Positions 8,410 through 17,839 of a stretch of 45,418 nt of DNA are shown piece after piece. The translations under genes and the position numbers were made by a program. The stretch is from a candidate division WOR-3 bacterium (GTDB lineage: Bacteria; Hydrothermota; Tepidihabitantia; SM23-42), in NCBI GenBank assembly GCA_030671005.1, contig DAOVAN010000002.1, positions 1-45,418 on the forward strand, in the 5' to 3' direction. The number at the start of each line of letters is the position of its first letter. Positions within the stretch are counted from its first letter, which is position 1. Below the pieces are notes generated by a model, which was given only the letters and a program-made list of their open reading frames with translations, did not search any database and had not been told where the DNA came from.

Positions 8410-9657
8410 TTATTCGTATCTGAGCGCTTCGATCGGGTTAAGCCCGGCCGCGCGGCGCGCTGGATAAATCCCAAAGAAGATGCCGACCGCGGCTGAGAAT
8501 CCAAACCCGAGCAGCACCATCCAGAAGGACACGGCTGCCTTGAGCGGTGATACGGTCGAAATGAGTGCGGCCAACAGCATGCCAAAACCGATACCTATGA
8601 TCCCACCGATCAACGCAAGGATGATGGACTCAGTAAGAAATTGAGACAGGATATACTGATTTGAGGCACCGACTGCCTTGCGGATGCCTATCTCCCGCGT
8701 CCGCTCAGCAACCGAAACGAGCATGATATTCATGATGCCGATACCGCCGACAACCAGGGAAATGGCGGCGATGGCGACAATGGCAATGAATCCCACGCGT
8801 GTGATATTCTGGTAGAGATCCATCAACATCTGCTGCGTGTTCAGTTCAAAGTCGTCCTCTTTGTCAAACCCGAGTCCGTGCCTGCGCCGCATCAGCTCCC
8901 GTATATCGTCTAGTGTCTTCTCCACATCACTCGTTTTAGGCTTCACACCGATCGAGTATCCTCCATAGACGCGAGCGAATAGGGATGTTCTGCTTCGCGG
9001 AAAGAACTTCTCGAACACCGTATTCGGTATGAGAACGAAATCATCGAGGCTGTTGCCAAGAAACTGACCCTTTTCCTTGAATACCCCGATTATCTTAATC
9101 CGGTGCCCTTCAACCATTAAATCTTTACCTATGGGCGACTCGTCTGGAAAGAGGTTTGCAGCAACATATGACCCTATTATACCTAAACTGCGACGGTGCG
9201 TAATATCATCCCTCGTGAAGTCCCGACCGCTTTCTACCAAATAGTTATTGACGTAGGAATAGTTTTCGTTTGAGCCTGCCACAGATACATTACTAATCTC
9301 TTCATCTCTGTATCTCAAATTGGAGAGCTGCCGTGAAATCGTCGGCACCGCGATTTCCACCGAAGACAACTGGTTTATCGCCTCGGCATCTGCCGGTACA
9401 AGATCGGGTCGTTCGGCGAGCTTATCCAAATCCCGATGGCCGGTTGAAATCCAGGTGAATTTTTGAATATAAATCAAGTCTGATCCAAGTGCCTGCACTT
9501 GCTCAGCAACCGTACGGTTAAGACCCTCGATCAAGGATAATATCGCAATCACCGTTGTCACGCCGATGATAATACCGAGTGTCGTAAGGAAGGACCGGAG
9601 TCGATGACTCCGAAAGGTTTGTAACGAGAGTGCGATCTTGCCCAGAATACTAATCAT
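8410..9657 (-). CDS. macB: MacB-type ABC transporter permease (MacB_PCD + FtsX domains)
   Basis: 415 aa. An N-terminal TM helix is followed by a periplasmic domain and three C-terminal TM helices. The C-terminus is typical of FtsX-family permeases. Confidence 0.8.
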   Translation of the reverse strand: MISILGKIALSLQTFRSHRLRSFLTTLGIIIGVTTVIAILSLIEGLNRTVAEQVQALGSDLIYIQKFTWISTGHRDLDKLAERPDLVPADAEAINQLSSVEIAVPTISRQLSNLRYRDEEISNVSVAGSNENYSYVNNYLVESGRDFTRDDITHRRSLGIIGSYVAANLFPDESPIGKDLMVEGHRIKIIGVFKEKGQFLGNSLDDFVLIPNTVFEKFFPRSRTSLFARVYGGYSIGVKPKTSDVEKTLDDIRELMRRRHGLGFDKEDDFELNTQQMLMDLYQNITRVGFIAIVAIAAISLVVGGIGIMNIMLVSVAERTREIGIRKAVGASNQYILSQFLTESIILALIGGIIGIGFGMLLAALISTVSPLKAAVSFWMVLLGFGFSAAVGIFFGIYPARRAAGLNPIEALRYE

Positions 9658-10336
9658 TTTCGATCATACCGTCTTTCAATTTCACTGTCTTTTTCGCATG
9701 CGCGGCAAGGCTTGAATCGTGCGTCACCATGACCACGGTATTGCCCTCATCCACGAGCCGGTCCAATATCTCCATGATTTCCGCACCGGTTTTTGAATCC
9801 AGATTACCGGTCGGCTCATCAGCGAAAATGACCCTCGGATTGTTGACCAGGGCACGACCAATAGCGACGCGCTGACATTCGCCTCCTGACATCTCATTGG
9901 GGCGATGCGACATTCTATCACCGAGGCCGATCTTTTCCAAGATTTCCTGCGCGCGCAGAATCCGGTCCTGTTTCTTGGTCCCAGCATATATCAGAGGGAG
10001 AGCAACATTGTCGAGCGCGGTCAGTCTGGGCAATAAACTGAAACTCTGAAACACAAAACCAAAGAATGTGTTTCTCACGCGTGCGAGTTCCTCATCTGTA
10101 TAATTGGAAACTAGCTTGTCTTCAAGGTAATATTCGCCCGAGGTTGGGGTGTCGAGGCAGCTCAGTATGTGGATGAGTGTCGACTTACCAGAACCAGAGA
10201 CGCCCATGATCGAAACATAGTCATTACTCTTTATTTCGAGACTCACGCCGCGCAGGGCATCCACCGCAACCTTACCGCGCCAGTACCTCTTTGTCACATC
10301 GACCGCACGACATATGACCCTATTTCTAGCCATCAT
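9650..10336 (-). CDS. ABC transporter ATP-binding protein (MacB/LolD-like)
   Basis: Walker A is GVSGSGKST, the signature motif is MSGGECQRVAIGRAL and Walker B is IFADEPTGNLD. It overlaps the permease gene by 8 nt. Confidence 0.9.
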   Translation of the reverse strand: MMARNRVICRAVDVTKRYWRGKVAVDALRGVSLEIKSNDYVSIMGVSGSGKSTLIHILSCLDTPTSGEYYLEDKLVSNYTDEELARVRNTFFGFVFQSFSLLPRLTALDNVALPLIYAGTKKQDRILRAQEILEKIGLGDRMSHRPNEMSGGECQRVAIGRALVNNPRVIFADEPTGNLDSKTGAEIMEILDRLVDEGNTVVMVTHDSSLAAHAKKTVKLKDGMIEND

Positions 10337-11487
10337 TACGTGCGCCTTCGGAGTCTCCTGAATAGTCCGCCCCGTGGTCTAAGCGAACCAGAAGTCGAGT
10401 CCTCCTCGGGTGCTTCAAAACTGACCTTTTGACCATCCTTCAATTTTGACAGAACCCGGTACGGACCAATGATGACGGTATCTCCTTCTTCAACACCGGC
10501 TACGACTTCGATATCCGTATCACTCGACACGTCAGTGCTTATCTCGGTCAGCTGTGCCTTACCATCCTTCACGATGAATACTGTCTGAGCTGTCTCGCCA
10601 TCGATCTTGCGCTTACCCGAAGCCTGAATTGGTATGACCAAGACATCGGTCTTTTCATTCGTTGTAATATCGGCCTTAACATTCATGCCGGGCCTGAGCA
10701 GTGGCGAGAGTGCGTTCAATTGAATCTCGACTTCAAAATCGGTTACCTTGTCCGTAGTCAGTTGACTGGTGATCGGCATCAAGCCGACCTTTATCACATT
10801 ACCCGGGAATGTCGTATCGGGTAAAGCATCGGCAACGACCTCTGTAACCTGACCAACCTTCATCTCGGGAACATCGGTTTCATCAATCGTCACGACCGCG
10901 ATCACGACCGACATATCAGCAACGGTCATCATTACTGTGCCACCATAGTTCAGGGCACCCATTACCGCGGTTTCACCCTCTTCGACATTGATCTTCATTA
11001 TGCGGCCAGAAATCGGGGCATGTATTCTTGTTTTCCGGTAGGCATCCATCGCCTGCTCATACGATGCCTTTGCTATCTTGTAACTCAACTCTATTCGCTC
11101 AAAGCTTTCAAGGGATATCAATTCCTTCTCTAAGAGCTTCTGGGCACGTTCCAAATCCTGCTCTGCTTGTTCAAACTGGGCGAGAGCTAGCCGTCGTGAC
11201 GCGCCTGCCTGGATGTCATCGAGCTCGATCAACAGCTCTCCCTTCTTCACAAAATCACCTTCATTGTAGTGAATTTTCTCCACCCGCGCAATCGTCTCGG
11301 CGGATATGTCAACTTGTGCCTGCGCCCGTAATTCTCCAGAAGCAGTGACTTTGGAAGTGATGTTCCCCTTTCTGACCAACGCGACCTCAACCTTCTCGCC
11401 CCCCTCCCGCTGGCCCAAGTTCAGGACGACAATCACCACAACTAAAATAATGGCACCAACTATTATCAATATCCTCTTTTTCTTCAT
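10336..11487 (-). CDS. macA: HlyD/MacA-family efflux periplasmic adaptor
   Basis: 383 aa with an N-terminal TM anchor, a coiled-coil hairpin, and lipoyl and beta-barrel segments. It lies between the TolC and ABC genes with overlapping stop/start codons. Confidence 0.8.
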   Translation of the reverse strand: MKKKRILIIVGAIILVVVIVVLNLGQREGGEKVEVALVRKGNITSKVTASGELRAQAQVDISAETIARVEKIHYNEGDFVKKGELLIELDDIQAGASRRLALAQFEQAEQDLERAQKLLEKELISLESFERIELSYKIAKASYEQAMDAYRKTRIHAPISGRIMKINVEEGETAVMGALNYGGTVMMTVADMSVVIAVVTIDETDVPEMKVGQVTEVVADALPDTTFPGNVIKVGLMPITSQLTTDKVTDFEVEIQLNALSPLLRPGMNVKADITTNEKTDVLVIPIQASGKRKIDGETAQTVFIVKDGKAQLTEISTDVSSDTDIEVVAGVEEGDTVIIGPYRVLSKLKDGQKVSFEAPEEDSTSGSLRPRGGLFRRLRRRT

Positions 11488-12728
11488 CGCGGCTCCTTAT
11501 TGAGCGTCATCGAACCCAAGAGATACGAAAACGTAGCCTGCTGTATATAGTAACCGGTCAACGCTTGAGTGTACGATACCCTCGCGTCGAAGATGGCTTG
11601 TTCCGCAGTCAAGAAATCCAGGAAGGATATCAGTCCCAGAGTATACTGTTCCCGGGCGATCACCGCTGCTTCGTTAGCAGCATCATAACTCTTCTTGGCG
11701 AGTTCCGATTTGTCCAAAGATTCTTGTAGTGAATAATATGTAGTACGCAAAGCCTTCTGCGCTTCTAACTCACTTCCTTTCTCAGCATACTGACTACGTT
11801 CATAGTCCTTCTTGGCATTCAGATACCTAAAAATGAGATTCTTGATCTCGAAAATGGGAAATGATACACTGATCCCATAATTCTTCGTTGCATTGTCCCG
11901 ATAGTACTGGAAATCGAAAATGAGCGAATCGCTAAAGACATTGCTGCTGTAGAACAGAGAAATATTCGGCAAGAATGCAAGGTATGAAGAAATGAGATTC
12001 AGCCTCGAAACCCTTCTGAATTCCTGCGCGATCTTCACCCCGTAATTGACACCGTATAGAACCGCGGTGAGCGAATCGAGGTTCGGCATCTCCGCGTGGC
12101 CGGGGTCGATCAGCGTATCAACGGGATAAACATCTGATTCAGTGCCCAGTATTGACCTCAATTCCTCCTGAGCGGTTATCTCCAGAGTCCTCGCTCTTGA
12201 TTTATCTTGGGCTGCGTTCAGATAAAACACCTCACCCTGCAATAACTCGAGCTTCGACGCGGCACCCAACTGGTATTTTGCCTCAACGAGCTCTAAGTTC
12301 TCACGTGCCCTTTGGATCGTTATCTCGGCCGAGTTCAATAACTCAAGGGCATTGATTAGACTATAATAAGCGGTCTTGATGCGCAACATGAGATTGGCTA
12401 TTTCCTCCTGATGCTCAATACCGCTCCCGGTCCACTGACCGCGGGCAACGAATATGGAAGTGATAATATCGAGGTCAAACACGGGCATGGTAAGGTTCAC
12501 CGAGCCTTCGTAGCCACTACTGGTAGTCCCCTGGTACTCGCTCTTTGTGTAGCTGCCTGCTACGCGCATGGTCGGTAAGAGTTCGGTGAGAATCTCGTAG
12601 AACTGAAGACGTGATTTCTCATAAGACACCCTCGATTCGTAGTAGATCGGGCTATTCTCCAAAGCGAGATCAATGGCCTCGTTCATTGAGAGCGAGTCAA
12701 CCTGTAGGAATAAAGCGAATAATAGCAT
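11484..12728 (-). CDS. tolC: TolC-family outer membrane efflux protein
   Basis: 414 aa with duplicated OEP-like halves and characteristic coiled-coil segments (e.g. LNSAEITIQRARENLELVEAKYQLG). It is first of the contiguous TolC-MacA-ABC-permease set. Confidence 0.8.
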   Translation of the reverse strand: MLLFALFLQVDSLSMNEAIDLALENSPIYYESRVSYEKSRLQFYEILTELLPTMRVAGSYTKSEYQGTTSSGYEGSVNLTMPVFDLDIITSIFVARGQWTGSGIEHQEEIANLMLRIKTAYYSLINALELLNSAEITIQRARENLELVEAKYQLGAASKLELLQGEVFYLNAAQDKSRARTLEITAQEELRSILGTESDVYPVDTLIDPGHAEMPNLDSLTAVLYGVNYGVKIAQEFRRVSRLNLISSYLAFLPNISLFYSSNVFSDSLIFDFQYYRDNATKNYGISVSFPIFEIKNLIFRYLNAKKDYERSQYAEKGSELEAQKALRTTYYSLQESLDKSELAKKSYDAANEAAVIAREQYTLGLISFLDFLTAEQAIFDARVSYTQALTGYYIQQATFSYLLGSMTLNKEPR

Positions 12729-12756
12729 ACTATATTATTTTGACAGTCTTCAGGCG

Positions 12757-13431
12757 CTACATCCCGCGGCCGAAAATGCCTCTAAGGCCAATTCCACCTA
12801 ATAGCGAGACGAACCAGATGACGAAGATGAGAATATAAGCATTCTTCTTAGGGACATTATTAGTAATATTGATGCCCATGGCAACTAATATCATCTGCCA
12901 GATAACGAAGAAATCAAACCCCGCGAGGAATTGGTACGTGAAGGACTCCTTGGCTAGATTCGGCACGAGAAGCGCCAAAGATGTCGTCACGAAAGGCGAT
13001 TTCGTCATCGCGATCAATATCAGCTTCAGTATTGCGGCGGGTACGGCGATCAACGCTGAATAACATATCACCGAGAAAACGGCCTTGAAGCCGCTCTCCC
13101 CAGTAAAAAGCGGAATGAACAGATTGACAATCAGCGTGAAAACTAACAATATGGCAGCGATAAAAAACGTGGCACCTACCGCGCTCGAAATCATGAGTAT
13201 GGGCCCGGATGTGAACTGCCTCGCCTGTTCCATCTGCTCTTCTGTCAACCCCCGTTCAATCATCGATTCTTCTTGTCGCGCCATAATCGCATCTCGACTG
13301 AAATTGACGGTCAAGGCGGCGGTTAATGCAATGACAACAAGGACAATGATGAAAGGCGTGATCCATCGGGGTTTTTCTTTCAAGACGTTGAACACTTTGC
13401 TCGGCGCAAAGTATATGTCCATGATATTCAT
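12757..13431 (-). CDS. Yip1-domain integral membrane protein
   Basis: 224 aa with 5 predicted TM helices. The N-terminus (DIYFAPSKVFNVLKEKPRWITPF) is typical of the Yip1/DUF1282 family. It sits upstream of the efflux genes on the same strand. Confidence 0.6.
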   Translation of the reverse strand: MNIMDIYFAPSKVFNVLKEKPRWITPFIIVLVVIALTAALTVNFSRDAIMARQEESMIERGLTEEQMEQARQFTSGPILMISSAVGATFFIAAILLVFTLIVNLFIPLFTGESGFKAVFSVICYSALIAVPAAILKLILIAMTKSPFVTTSLALLVPNLAKESFTYQFLAGFDFFVIWQMILVAMGINITNNVPKKNAYILIFVIWFVSLLGGIGLRGIFGRGM

Positions 13432-13625
13432 TCTCTCCCCTTTCGTATATATATATTACGTATGATCCATGATTTTTGTTTCAACCCTGCGCAATAAACA
13501 TCTATTTCAGACGTATCGAACACAAGTTTATGTAAAAATCAGCTAATGTCAACCTGGCACGTCTGTGCGAGCTCTGAATTACATTCAGAGATCTCAAGTT
13601 TTTTCAGAAATCTCTCTTCTGTTTC

Positions 13626-13653
13626 TTGACAGGGGTGGTCTTTTGGCTATGGT
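13626..13653 (+). promoter_or_regulatory. sigma70-type promoter for the small membrane protein gene
   Basis: TTGACA at 13626-13631, a 16-nt spacer and TATGGT at 13648-13653. AAGGAGG at 13661-13667 precedes ATG 13672. Confidence 0.5.
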
Positions 13654-13671
13654 TATGAAAAAGGAGGAGAC

Positions 13672-14022
13672 ATGCTGAACCCACGTCGATTGTTTATCGC
13701 CACACTCTTCGGAGTAATCTCCGGCCTGGTATGCTGGGCCCTATCATCCTCAGGAGGCCCACAACCCTGGTTTTTTGCGGTCTCGACGATTCTCGCGCGC
13801 ACTCTTATTGGATTCACCATCGGCATCAGTATACTGAAAATGAAATGGTGGCTGCATGGTATTGCGATTGGCTTCATTTTTAGTCTGCCTATGGCGTTCC
13901 AGGGATTTTATGTTCCCGGTAAGGAGATGTACATTTTCTTTGGCTCTCTAATAATGGGTGTGATCTACGGATTCTTCATCGAACTATTCACCACGGTCGT
14001 CTTCAAAGCAGAGGCAAAATAG
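13672..14022 (+). CDS. hypothetical small membrane protein (about 4 TM)
   Basis: 116 aa, strongly hydrophobic, with a good SD and a promoter. I recognise no family. Confidence 0.6.
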   Translation: MLNPRRLFIATLFGVISGLVCWALSSSGGPQPWFFAVSTILARTLIGFTIGISILKMKWWLHGIAIGFIFSLPMAFQGFYVPGKEMYIFFGSLIMGVIYGFFIELFTTVVFKAEAK

Positions 14023-14196
14023 CTAGGTCTATATAAGATATCGAAAAAATTGCACATTCACTATTTCGCCAGCACTTCTGTATCTCGTAGAGATTGGCGA
14101 ATTCTTGAATTCCTAAAACATTGGCTGGAAGCAAAACGCCACTCCAATCCTTTATTCATTTCGGCAGGTGGTTGTGAATTAAGCCTTAGATACAAG

Positions 14197-14224
14197 TTGC
14201 TTTTTGCTGTTGCATAATTATAAT
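14197..14224 (+). promoter_or_regulatory. promoter with apparently leaderless start for the DUF554 gene
   Basis: TTGCTT at 14197-14202, a 16-nt spacer and TATAAT at 14219-14224. ATG 14231 lies 6 nt after the -10 and there is no SD. Confidence 0.5.
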
Positions 14225-14230
14225 GAATAA

Positions 14231-14917
14231 ATGATTGGAACGGTTGTAAACATAATCCTGGTAATCATCGGCAGCCTGCTCGGGCTGCTATTGAAGAAAG
14301 GCATACCGGACAATATCAAAAAGATAATACTGGTGGGTCTCGGGCTCTTCTCCTGCGTGCTTGGCACTAAAATGGGCATCGAAATGCAGCGACCCCTTGT
14401 CGTCATACTCAGTCTCATATGCGGTGGTGTAATCGGCGAGGTCCTGAAGATCGAAGATTTTTTGGAGGGCATTGGCGCAAGACTAAAGCGATTTACCAAA
14501 GCCCAGGGTGAAACATCTTTTACTGAAGGGTTTGTCACGGCCAGTCTTCTCTTCTGTGTTGGACCCCTGACAATACTCGGTTCGATTCAGGCCGGGCTCC
14601 AGAACAGGCCTGACCTTCTTTTCATAAAGGCTCTGATGGATGGAGTCTCATCAATCATTCTAGCGTCGACATTGGGTTTTGGTGTAATATTCTCCGCACT
14701 GACGGTGCTCATTATTCAAGGCGGGCTCACCCTGCTCGCCGGGCAGTTTCACTTTCTGACCAACCCAGCCTATCTCAATGACTTCGCGAGCGTGGGAGGT
14801 ATAATGATCTTTGCCATTGGCATCAAGCTACTGGGCATCAAGCCGATCAAAGTCGGCAACTTCCTCCCCGCCTTGATCATCGTAGTATTACTCACTTATT
14901 TCATTGGACTGATATAA
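14231..14917 (+). CDS. DUF554 (YqgA/YdfK-like) membrane protein
   Basis: 228 aa. The N-terminus MIGTVVNIILVIIGSLLG and the multi-TM layout are typical of DUF554. Confidence 0.7.
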   Translation: MIGTVVNIILVIIGSLLGLLLKKGIPDNIKKIILVGLGLFSCVLGTKMGIEMQRPLVVILSLICGGVIGEVLKIEDFLEGIGARLKRFTKAQGETSFTEGFVTASLLFCVGPLTILGSIQAGLQNRPDLLFIKALMDGVSSIILASTLGFGVIFSALTVLIIQGGLTLLAGQFHFLTNPAYLNDFASVGGIMIFAIGIKLLGIKPIKVGNFLPALIIVVLLTYFIGLI

Positions 14918-14942
14918 GTCATCGCTTCGTTCCACTAGAATC

Positions 14943-14971
14943 TTGACAAATACCCTGGCCAAAGATATACT
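14943..14971 (+). promoter_or_regulatory. sigma70-type promoter for the riboswitch and receptor transcript
   Basis: TTGACA at 14943-14948, a 17-nt spacer and TATACT at 14966-14971. Confidence 0.6.
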
Positions 14972-15140
14972 GGCCTGGCTGGTGGATTCAAGGGAAGCGC
15001 CGTGCGAATCGGCCGCGGTCGCCGCCACTGTGATTCCGAGTATACTCTGATCACAGAAAACCACTGTCCGTGCATACTAACAATATGTAGGATGGGAAGG
15101 TTGATCAGAGTCGGGTAAGCCAGGAGACCTATCCCCCAGT
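14972..15140 (+). promoter_or_regulatory. cobalamin (B12) riboswitch
   Basis: Conserved core strings GGTGG..AAGGGAAGCG..GTGCGAATC...GCCGCCACTGT are present, with the B12 box GTAAGCCAGGAGACCT at 15115-15130. A downstream GGAC-GAAAGGAG-GTCC hairpin encloses the SD of the receptor gene. Confidence 0.85.
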
Positions 15141-15173
15141 TACAATAAGAACCTTCGGACGAAAGGAGGTCCA

Positions 15174-17162
15174 ATGCTTTTTTTTATCCTTCAGATACTG
15201 ATTACCCAACCCATCTATGAAATGGACGAGGTTGTGGTAACGGCCAGGCGCTATCCGACCCTGCTGAAAGATGTCGCGGTCGCCGTCATGATCATCGAGA
15301 AAGAGCACATTGAAGCTCTTCAGCCAATCACCCTAGGCGAGGTTTTGCATGCTACAGCAGGTATTGATTTCAAGGATTATGGCACGCCAGGAGGTGTGGC
15401 GAGCATGGCCGTACGCGGAATACCTTCCCATGGCATACTTGTACTCGTAGATGGCCATCCCATCAATTACATTACAAATGGCATGGCTGACCTGAGTGTT
15501 GTCGATGTCAATACGATCGAACGCATAGAGATCGTCAAAGGACCCGTGTCGAGTGTCTATGGTGCAAATGCACTGGGCGCGGTGGTAAATATCATTACGG
15601 AAAGAGAATTCTCCAAATCCGAGATCGGCATGAAAATCACATCCTCGACCACAACCCTCGACACGCTTTTCCAGACGAGCAACATATTCACCGAGTTAGG
15701 CATGCCAGTACACAATAGCCAGTTGAGACTAGCCGGTGCATACACCAATTCTCATGGTTTCAGAAGCAACAGTGACTTGGGTAAATACCATGTTATTGGC
15801 TCGGTTCTTCACAAAGGTGATGATTTAGATCTCCGTGCATCGATTCTCTATGACGATAAGGAATACGGCATCCCGGGGCCAATGCCTCTTGTCGACAGCC
15901 TCCACCCCCTACCTCAGTTTGGAGACAGCACAGCAACATCATTGCATGACCGGGAAAGAGACAAAACCCTATTAGGTAAAATAGACACCGAATGGTCAAT
16001 TACTGATGATGTTAGCTGGTATAACAAAATTCATGCAGACCGAAGACGCACCGCGTTCCACACCACGTACGCTGGTTTGCCCGGCGATACGGTGAGCGAA
16101 GATTATGATTATCTCAGTCACACAATCGGCTTTAACACCATGACCCATCTGCACATGAAAACATTCGATCTTACCCTTGGTCTTGATGCCCATTATGACA
16201 CGCTTCAAACGCACAGCAGCTCTACCCTGAGCACAGACACAACTTGGCGTGCAAGCTCACACAACCTTGGAGCCTGGAGTGAGCTGAGGATCAGCCTGGC
16301 AGATTTAGTAACGGTAACATCAAGCATCCGCTTTGATCGTCACTCCCAGTTTGGTGGCTTTCTTTCGCCCGGCCTTGGTGTAGTCGGCATGATCAAACAA
16401 AACATCTGGCTGAAGTTTTCGGCTGGGAAGACGTTCCGCGCACCAACATTCAATGATCTCTACTGGCCTCATTCGGGCAATCCTGATCTCGAGCCTGAAC
16501 ATGGCTGGGCATATGAAATACGCATGGAGGGCTCGCCCTTACCCCAAATGCTCAGCGCGCTTTCGCTCTTCTTGCGTAATGTCTCCGACCGCATCGCCTG
16601 GCTCCCTGCTGAGGACAACCTATGGCAACCACAAAACGTCAATTATCTGGCCGTGAGGGGGATGGGCTTTGAATGGAGACATCACGTTTACAGCTTCGTG
16701 GAATATACTATCCAGGCAACCTACCTGGATGCTCGGCAAAAGAACGATGAAATCGTCTATTCCTATTATGACTGGATTGCTGACACCAGCCACACGGTCA
16801 TTGAAGAGATCGAACGAAGGGCCGCCTTCACCCCGAAACTGAACGTCATGACGAGAATCGATTTCAAGCTACCAAACAGGTGGCAGGCGAATATCGCTGG
16901 CTCATACGTTACAGAACGCGCAAATTACTATCCCAATTATAACAATTATCCGGTTGTATCCATGGACACAAAAATCCTGGATCCCTACTTCATCATCAAC
17001 GTTGCCTTGAGCAAGAAATTGTTCAGCTACGCCAAGATAACGGCGGGCATCAAGAATATGCTGAACAATAGCTATGCTACACAATTCGGGTACACATTAG
17101 ATGACCTCGATTACCCCATGCCTCATAGAACCTTTTTTGTCCGGTTAGCAATGCATTATTGA
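15174..17162 (+). CDS. btuB: TonB-dependent receptor (BtuB-like, cobalamin-riboswitch controlled)
   Basis: 662 aa with the TonB box DEVVVTA and plug motifs (IERIEIVKGPVSSVYGANALGAVVNIIT). The C-terminal beta-barrel ends in an aromatic residue (...RLAMHY). The substrate is inferred only from the riboswitch. Confidence 0.8.
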   Translation: MLFFILQILITQPIYEMDEVVVTARRYPTLLKDVAVAVMIIEKEHIEALQPITLGEVLHATAGIDFKDYGTPGGVASMAVRGIPSHGILVLVDGHPINYITNGMADLSVVDVNTIERIEIVKGPVSSVYGANALGAVVNIITEREFSKSEIGMKITSSTTTLDTLFQTSNIFTELGMPVHNSQLRLAGAYTNSHGFRSNSDLGKYHVIGSVLHKGDDLDLRASILYDDKEYGIPGPMPLVDSLHPLPQFGDSTATSLHDRERDKTLLGKIDTEWSITDDVSWYNKIHADRRRTAFHTTYAGLPGDTVSEDYDYLSHTIGFNTMTHLHMKTFDLTLGLDAHYDTLQTHSSSTLSTDTTWRASSHNLGAWSELRISLADLVTVTSSIRFDRHSQFGGFLSPGLGVVGMIKQNIWLKFSAGKTFRAPTFNDLYWPHSGNPDLEPEHGWAYEIRMEGSPLPQMLSALSLFLRNVSDRIAWLPAEDNLWQPQNVNYLAVRGMGFEWRHHVYSFVEYTIQATYLDARQKNDEIVYSYYDWIADTSHTVIEEIERRAAFTPKLNVMTRIDFKLPNRWQANIAGSYVTERANYYPNYNNYPVVSMDTKILDPYFIINVALSKKLFSYAKITAGIKNMLNNSYATQFGYTLDDLDYPMPHRTFFVRLAMHY

Positions 17163-17187
17163 CATTTTCGATCTCCGTGACTATAAT
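17159..17187 (+). promoter_or_regulatory. consensus sigma70 promoter for RNase P RNA
   Basis: TTGACA at 17159-17164 overlaps the receptor stop codon. An exactly 17-nt spacer precedes TATAAT at 17182-17187. The P1 5' strand starts at 17191. Confidence 0.75.
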
Positions 17188-17268
17188 CGAGTGTGGGGTA
17201 ATCGGATAGTCGCTCCACGTGAGAGGAAAGTCCGGGCTTCACAGGGCAAGATGCTTCCTAACTGGAAG

Positions 17269-17368
17269 CCCCGCCTCTTTCTTACCATATGAGATCGAGA
17301 AGATCGCGGCTCGTATTTAGGATAAAAAGTGTCTTCGTACAGTCTTGTATGGCTAAAAAGGGGCGGGG
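17269..17368 (+). repeat. RNase P insertion module copy 1 (hairpin replacing the P9 loop)
   Basis: The closing stem is CCCCGCCTCTTT/AAAGGGGCGGGG. The repeated core is 17281-17356 (CTTACCATATGAGATCGAGAAGATCGCGGCTCG...GTGTCTTCGTACAGTCTTGTATGGCTAA). Confidence 0.8.
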
Positions 17369-17390
17369 GGAAAGTGCCACAGAAAATATA

Positions 17391-17493
17391 CCGCCCTGCC
17401 CTTTTCTTACTATATGAGATCGAGAAGATAGCAGCTGATATTTGGGATGAAAAGCGTCTTCGCACATTCTTGTATGGCGAAAAAAGGGCGGGG
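17391..17493 (+). repeat. RNase P insertion module copy 2 (tip of P12)
   Basis: The closing stem is GCCCTTTT/AAAAGGGC. The core is 17406-17481, with about 65 of 76 positions identical to copy 1 by hand alignment. Confidence 0.8.
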
Positions 17494-17606
17494 TAAGGGT
17501 GAAAAGGCGAGGTAAGGGCTCACCGCTCTGATGGTGACATCAGGGGCTTGGCAAACCCCATCTGAAGCAAAACCAAGTAGTTCCGTTTGAAGTGGCCCGC
17601 TTCTTT

Positions 17607-17839
17607 CCCGCACCTATTTTGCCATATGAGATCGATAAGATCGCGGCTGATATTTAATATGTCAATATTCCTAAGAGAACGGAGATAGGCACAATACATG
17701 TTTTACAAACGATCTCAATTGAGTATTCAAGAATGGGAACGACGCTAGTGCTTTGGAAAGGTCCACAAATATGGAAGAGGCATTCCACGCTAGATGAAAA
17801 GCGTCTTCGCTCATTCTTGTATGGCAAAAAAGGTGCGGG
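17607..17839 (+). repeat. RNase P insertion module copy 3 (P16/P17 arm), split by a nested ~137-nt insert
   Basis: The closing stem is CCCGCACCT/AGGTGCGGG. The 5' half of the core is 17618-17655 and the 3' half is 17793-17828. The segment 17656-17792 sits where the apical loop is in copies 1 and 2. Confidence 0.75.

Noticed and set aside
17281-17356. Possible K-turn, hammerhead or GAAA-tetraloop-receptor motif inside the RNase P module
   Set aside because: For a K-turn, the strand opposite CCATA-TGA-GA lacks the required GA next to the C-stem (it reads TTG-TATGG). For a hammerhead, CTGATA...GATGAAAAGC lacks the CUGAnGA G8 and a stem II, and it is not conserved in copy 1. For a tetraloop receptor, TATGG pairs in full Watson-Crick fashion with CCATA rather than forming the 11-nt receptor. 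No known motif is supported by hand inspection.
17269-17839. Three ~76-nt repeats that could at first glance be a short CRISPR-like or tandem repeat array
   Set aside because: Spacing is irregular and the repeats are imperfect. Each copy is closed by its own helix inside a recognisable RNase P secondary-structure element. There is no leader, no cas genes and no spacer-like unique segments of uniform length.
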